Assembly (NCBI GenBank): GCA_964634445.1
Contig: CAZWJA010000001.1
Location: forward strand, 10,343-74,342
DNA length: 64,000 bases
From: an uncultured Candidatus Saccharibacteria bacterium
GTDB lineage: Bacteria; Patescibacteriota; Saccharimonadia; Saccharimonadales; AWTP1-31
Reading direction: 5' to 3'
In this document: positions 61,509 to 64,000 of the stretch, piece by piece
Position numbering within the stretch: position 1 is the stretch's first letter
Layout: the number at the start of each line of letters is the position of its first letter
Translations under genes and position numbers: made by a program
Notes under the pieces: model-generated
What the model was told of the DNA's origin: nothing
What the model saw: only the letters and a program-made list of their open reading frames with translations
The model's database searches: none

Positions 61509-62746
61509 AGAAAGAGTTCCTCACATTTCCAAGAAGTGCAAAACTCTATCTGGTAAGCCAATTTTTATTGAGTGGCTACTATACTTGGCCATTCTGGTAT
61601 GGATTTGCCAGTGGTAGGATAACAGCTTCGCAGTTCGGTATTTACCTAGCTATTGTATATATCGTTGGGCTTATATCTGAAGTTCCTACAGGTGCATTTG
61701 CGGATAGATATGGTAGAAAACTCAGTGCAGTTATCGGTGCCATAGGTGGTGCGCTAATACCGCTCATTGTTTTTGTTGGTGGTAACTTCACTGCCTATAT
61801 CATTGCTGGGGTTATCTCCGGTATAAGTAGTGCTTTTGTAAGCGGAAGTCTCGAATCGTTAATACGAGATTTGCCGAATATGAGCAAAGAGCTGTATCGC
61901 AAGATTATGGTACAAGACACGTTCTTTTACCAAAGTGGCTTAATTGTTTCGTCTGCCGTGGGTGGTTTTATGTACAGTCTTAGTCATCCTTTGCCATTTG
62001 TAGCACAGGCGGCATCATTTATTCTCGCGGCAATCGTGATTGCGCAGATATCATCCGAAGGTGAAGTTATTGCAGTGCGCGAATCATCAGCAGATACAAC
62101 CAGAAGAACACGACTAAAGGAATATATCGGTAGCACAAAAGAGGGCTTCTTACATCTATTTAAAGCTAAGATTATCAGACCGCTGATTGTATTTGGATGC
62201 ACATTGAGTATTCTGATGTGGCTTTGTATTGAATATATAAATGAAGCAGCAATGATTCATTACGATATTCAGCCAGAATTGAGGGGATTGTTAATTGCGG
62301 GTACAAAAGTGATTGCGTTACTAATTCTCAACACCATCGTTATCAAAAGAGTTAAGACCGATGAACAGAAACTACTATATCTGCTCTTTATGACACTCGG
62401 GGTATTTAGCCTCTACTCACTTGGCGTTAAGAGTATCTTCTTACTAGCCTTCCTCGGATTTAACCTCGTATCGTCCATTAACTCCAACTTTATAAAACCA
62501 ATTCTGCACGATCACATCGAGAGCAAGTGGCGAGCTACTTCAATTAGTGCTTACAGTTTCGTTTCAAACCTAGTCCAAGCTATTGCAAGTGTTGGGGTTG
62601 GCTTTATGTTACAAAAACAAGGTGTGATTTTTGTACAGCGAGCCTTTCTTGCACTCTTCGTTCTTGTGGCACTGCCGGCGTTGCTTATTTACCTGCCGCG
62701 TACTAAGCCTGGAGAAAAGTCCACGCAAAACCCTGTTATCTCCTAA
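61505..62746 (+). CDS. MFS-type transporter
   Basis: About 12 hydrophobic segments. Loop motif GAFADRYGRK between TM2 and TM3. Confidence 0.65.
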   Translation: MKKEFLTFPRSAKLYLVSQFLLSGYYTWPFWYGFASGRITASQFGIYLAIVYIVGLISEVPTGAFADRYGRKLSAVIGAIGGALIPLIVFVGGNFTAYIIAGVISGISSAFVSGSLESLIRDLPNMSKELYRKIMVQDTFFYQSGLIVSSAVGGFMYSLSHPLPFVAQAASFILAAIVIAQISSEGEVIAVRESSADTTRRTRLKEYIGSTKEGFLHLFKAKIIRPLIVFGCTLSILMWLCIEYINEAAMIHYDIQPELRGLLIAGTKVIALLILNTIVIKRVKTDEQKLLYLLFMTLGVFSLYSLGVKSIFLLAFLGFNLVSSINSNFIKPILHDHIESKWRATSISAYSFVSNLVQAIASVGVGFMLQKQGVIFVQRAFLALFVLVALPALLIYLPRTKPGEKSTQNPVIS

Positions 62747-62835
62747 AAAGCGAGACATTCTCATAACATGCCACTTTGTGTCTCATTTATCTTGTTTATA
62801 CCTGTTAAAGAGTTCGTGACCTGTCCGCAGAGCCA
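62742..62835. repeat. Island-end repeat (copy 2) with degenerate tRNA-Asn 3' remnant
   Basis: AAAAGCGAGACAT...GTGTCTCATTT...AGAGTTCGTGACCTGTCCGCAGAGCCA. Homologous to 57150-57254. Confidence 0.5.
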
Positions 62836-62908
62836 AGCTGGAATAGTCGAAGTCAGAAGAATTGATTCAGTTCTAACTATTTACTTACACAGACTGGAAC
62901 TGAAACTA

Positions 62909-63307
62909 CTAAATCCTTTGCACACCACAGTCATTACAATTTAAGCTTCTGTAACCATTCGAATCGTTTATATAGCGCACCCTTACTCTATCTCCTACTT
63001 TGATAGATGATACATTAACTGAGAAGCTACCATACGCAACTAATCCAGTACTGGTTGCAAATGTGTCTTTGAAGTCTATGGTAATGGTAGAGCCGCTGTC
63101 GCAACTCACTATTTTGATGGGAGTTATATTGCCATTTTTGTCCATCTCTTCTCCTCCAACGCAATCTGTAAATTTACTTGTCACAATGCCCGTAAAAGTG
63201 TCTTGACTTGGTACAGCTTTTCGGTCAATTAGAAATATAGTGATTATGACACAAACGACGGTGAGTAAAGTCAGTATAAATATGACTTTTTTATTTACTT
63301 TAACCAT
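62909..63307 (-). CDS. Small secreted/membrane-anchored hypothetical protein
   Basis: N-terminal TM/signal segment. ORF only. Confidence 0.4.
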   Translation of the reverse strand: MVKVNKKVIFILTLLTVVCVIITIFLIDRKAVPSQDTFTGIVTSKFTDCVGGEEMDKNGNITPIKIVSCDSGSTITIDFKDTFATSTGLVAYGSFSVNVSSIKVGDRVRVRYINDSNGYRSLNCNDCGVQRI

Positions 63308-63414
63308 AGTTCAATAATACCATTTATTAAACATTCACTTAGAGCATAAGGGAAGCTAGATTTAATACAGTTTCAACTTCCTATAACGTTATGCATCAAA
63401 TACATTTGGAATAA

Positions 63415-63954
63415 TTAATCTATTAATACAGTCAAATTCGGTAACTTATTCTTAATAGCACTCAGGTCGTTGTTTGATACATTTGGATTTCCTCGTAAAT
63501 CTAGTGTTTCTAAATTCTTTAGATTTCCAATTTCATTCGGTAAACCGGACAGATCGTTATTAGCAAAATTAGCTAGTTTCAGCTTGCTCAGCTGGCCGAT
63601 TTCAGCTGGTATACCAGTCATCTTATTATCCGATGCAATTAAAACTTCCAGGTTTACTAGTTTTCTTATCTCGCCTGGCAATGAACCTGTTAAATTATTA
63701 TTACTGACATTTAGCCTAGTAGCAGCTTTATCGTCTAAAATATTTTGCGAAATTTTAGTTAGTCCTTTATTAGAAAGGTCGATTGTTTTACCGCTGCTTT
63801 TAGCAGAACTTGATGCCTGCTCACTTATTGTTGTACTTGATTTATTATTACCATTGTCTTTTGAGTTATCCTTAGCAAATATAAGATAGCCCATTACGCC
63901 GATTGCTAGAACTAAAACCCCAATTAGAAAATTCTTCATGTTTATATTATACAA
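63415..63954 (-). CDS. Secreted leucine-rich-repeat (LRR) protein
   Basis: N-terminal signal/TM, Ser/Asn-rich linker, then five to six LxxLxLxxNxL repeats (LTGSLPGEIRKLVNLEVL...). Confidence 0.7.
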   Translation of the reverse strand: MYNINMKNFLIGVLVLAIGVMGYLIFAKDNSKDNGNNKSSTTISEQASSSAKSSGKTIDLSNKGLTKISQNILDDKAATRLNVSNNNLTGSLPGEIRKLVNLEVLIASDNKMTGIPAEIGQLSKLKLANFANNDLSGLPNEIGNLKNLETLDLRGNPNVSNNDLSAIKNKLPNLTVLID

Positions 63955-64000
63955 GCACCTAGGGTAGAAGTATTTAGTACTTTGTTTAAATCTAATTTGA

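Larger units (their letters stand above)
57255..62835. mobile_element. Putative degenerate island B (older tandem insertion at tRNA-Asn)
   Basis: Lies between the two tRNA-Asn 3' remnants (57226-57254 and 62809-62835). Contains a 5'-truncated serine recombinase homologous to that of island A. Confidence 0.4.

Overview
This is an AT-rich bacterial segment with the gene content of a reduced-genome organism, possibly Candidate Phyla Radiation/Saccharibacteria-like (a low-confidence inference). Positions 1-36.3 kb look like core chromosome. It carries two GT1 glycosyltransferases, two DD-carboxypeptidases flanking a tRNA-Gln, and a giant 2,060-aa repeat-rich surface protein. It also carries a MacB-type ABC pair, an NDH-2, a UvrD-like helicase-nuclease, an aquaporin and a minus-strand F1Fo ATP synthase operon (atpBEFHAGDC). 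The atp operon has three extra ORFs embedded between atpA/atpG, atpG/atpD and atpD/atpC. The region from 36.3 kb to about 62.8 kb is accessory. An intact tRNA-Asn(GTT) at 36,331-36,405 is followed by two tandem island-like segments. Each segment ends in a degenerate tRNA-Asn 3' remnant plus a conserved ~95-bp end repeat. Island A (about 36.4-57.25 kb) carries a type II FAS/PKS-like lipid-biosynthesis cluster, an intact large serine recombinase and a phage-derived module. The cluster comprises a PPTase, ACP, FabH-, FabD- and FabF-like enzymes, two adenylate-forming enzymes, a GT2, an SDR epimerase, an MBL-fold protein and hydrolases. The phage-derived module has TerL-like, terS/HTH-like and ParB-MTase genes. 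Island B (about 57.25-62.8 kb) carries a truncated copy of the same recombinase plus hydrolase, NUDIX and transporter cargo. The island-borne polyketide/fatty-acid-like system and the structured repeat units at the island junctions are the most novel candidates.
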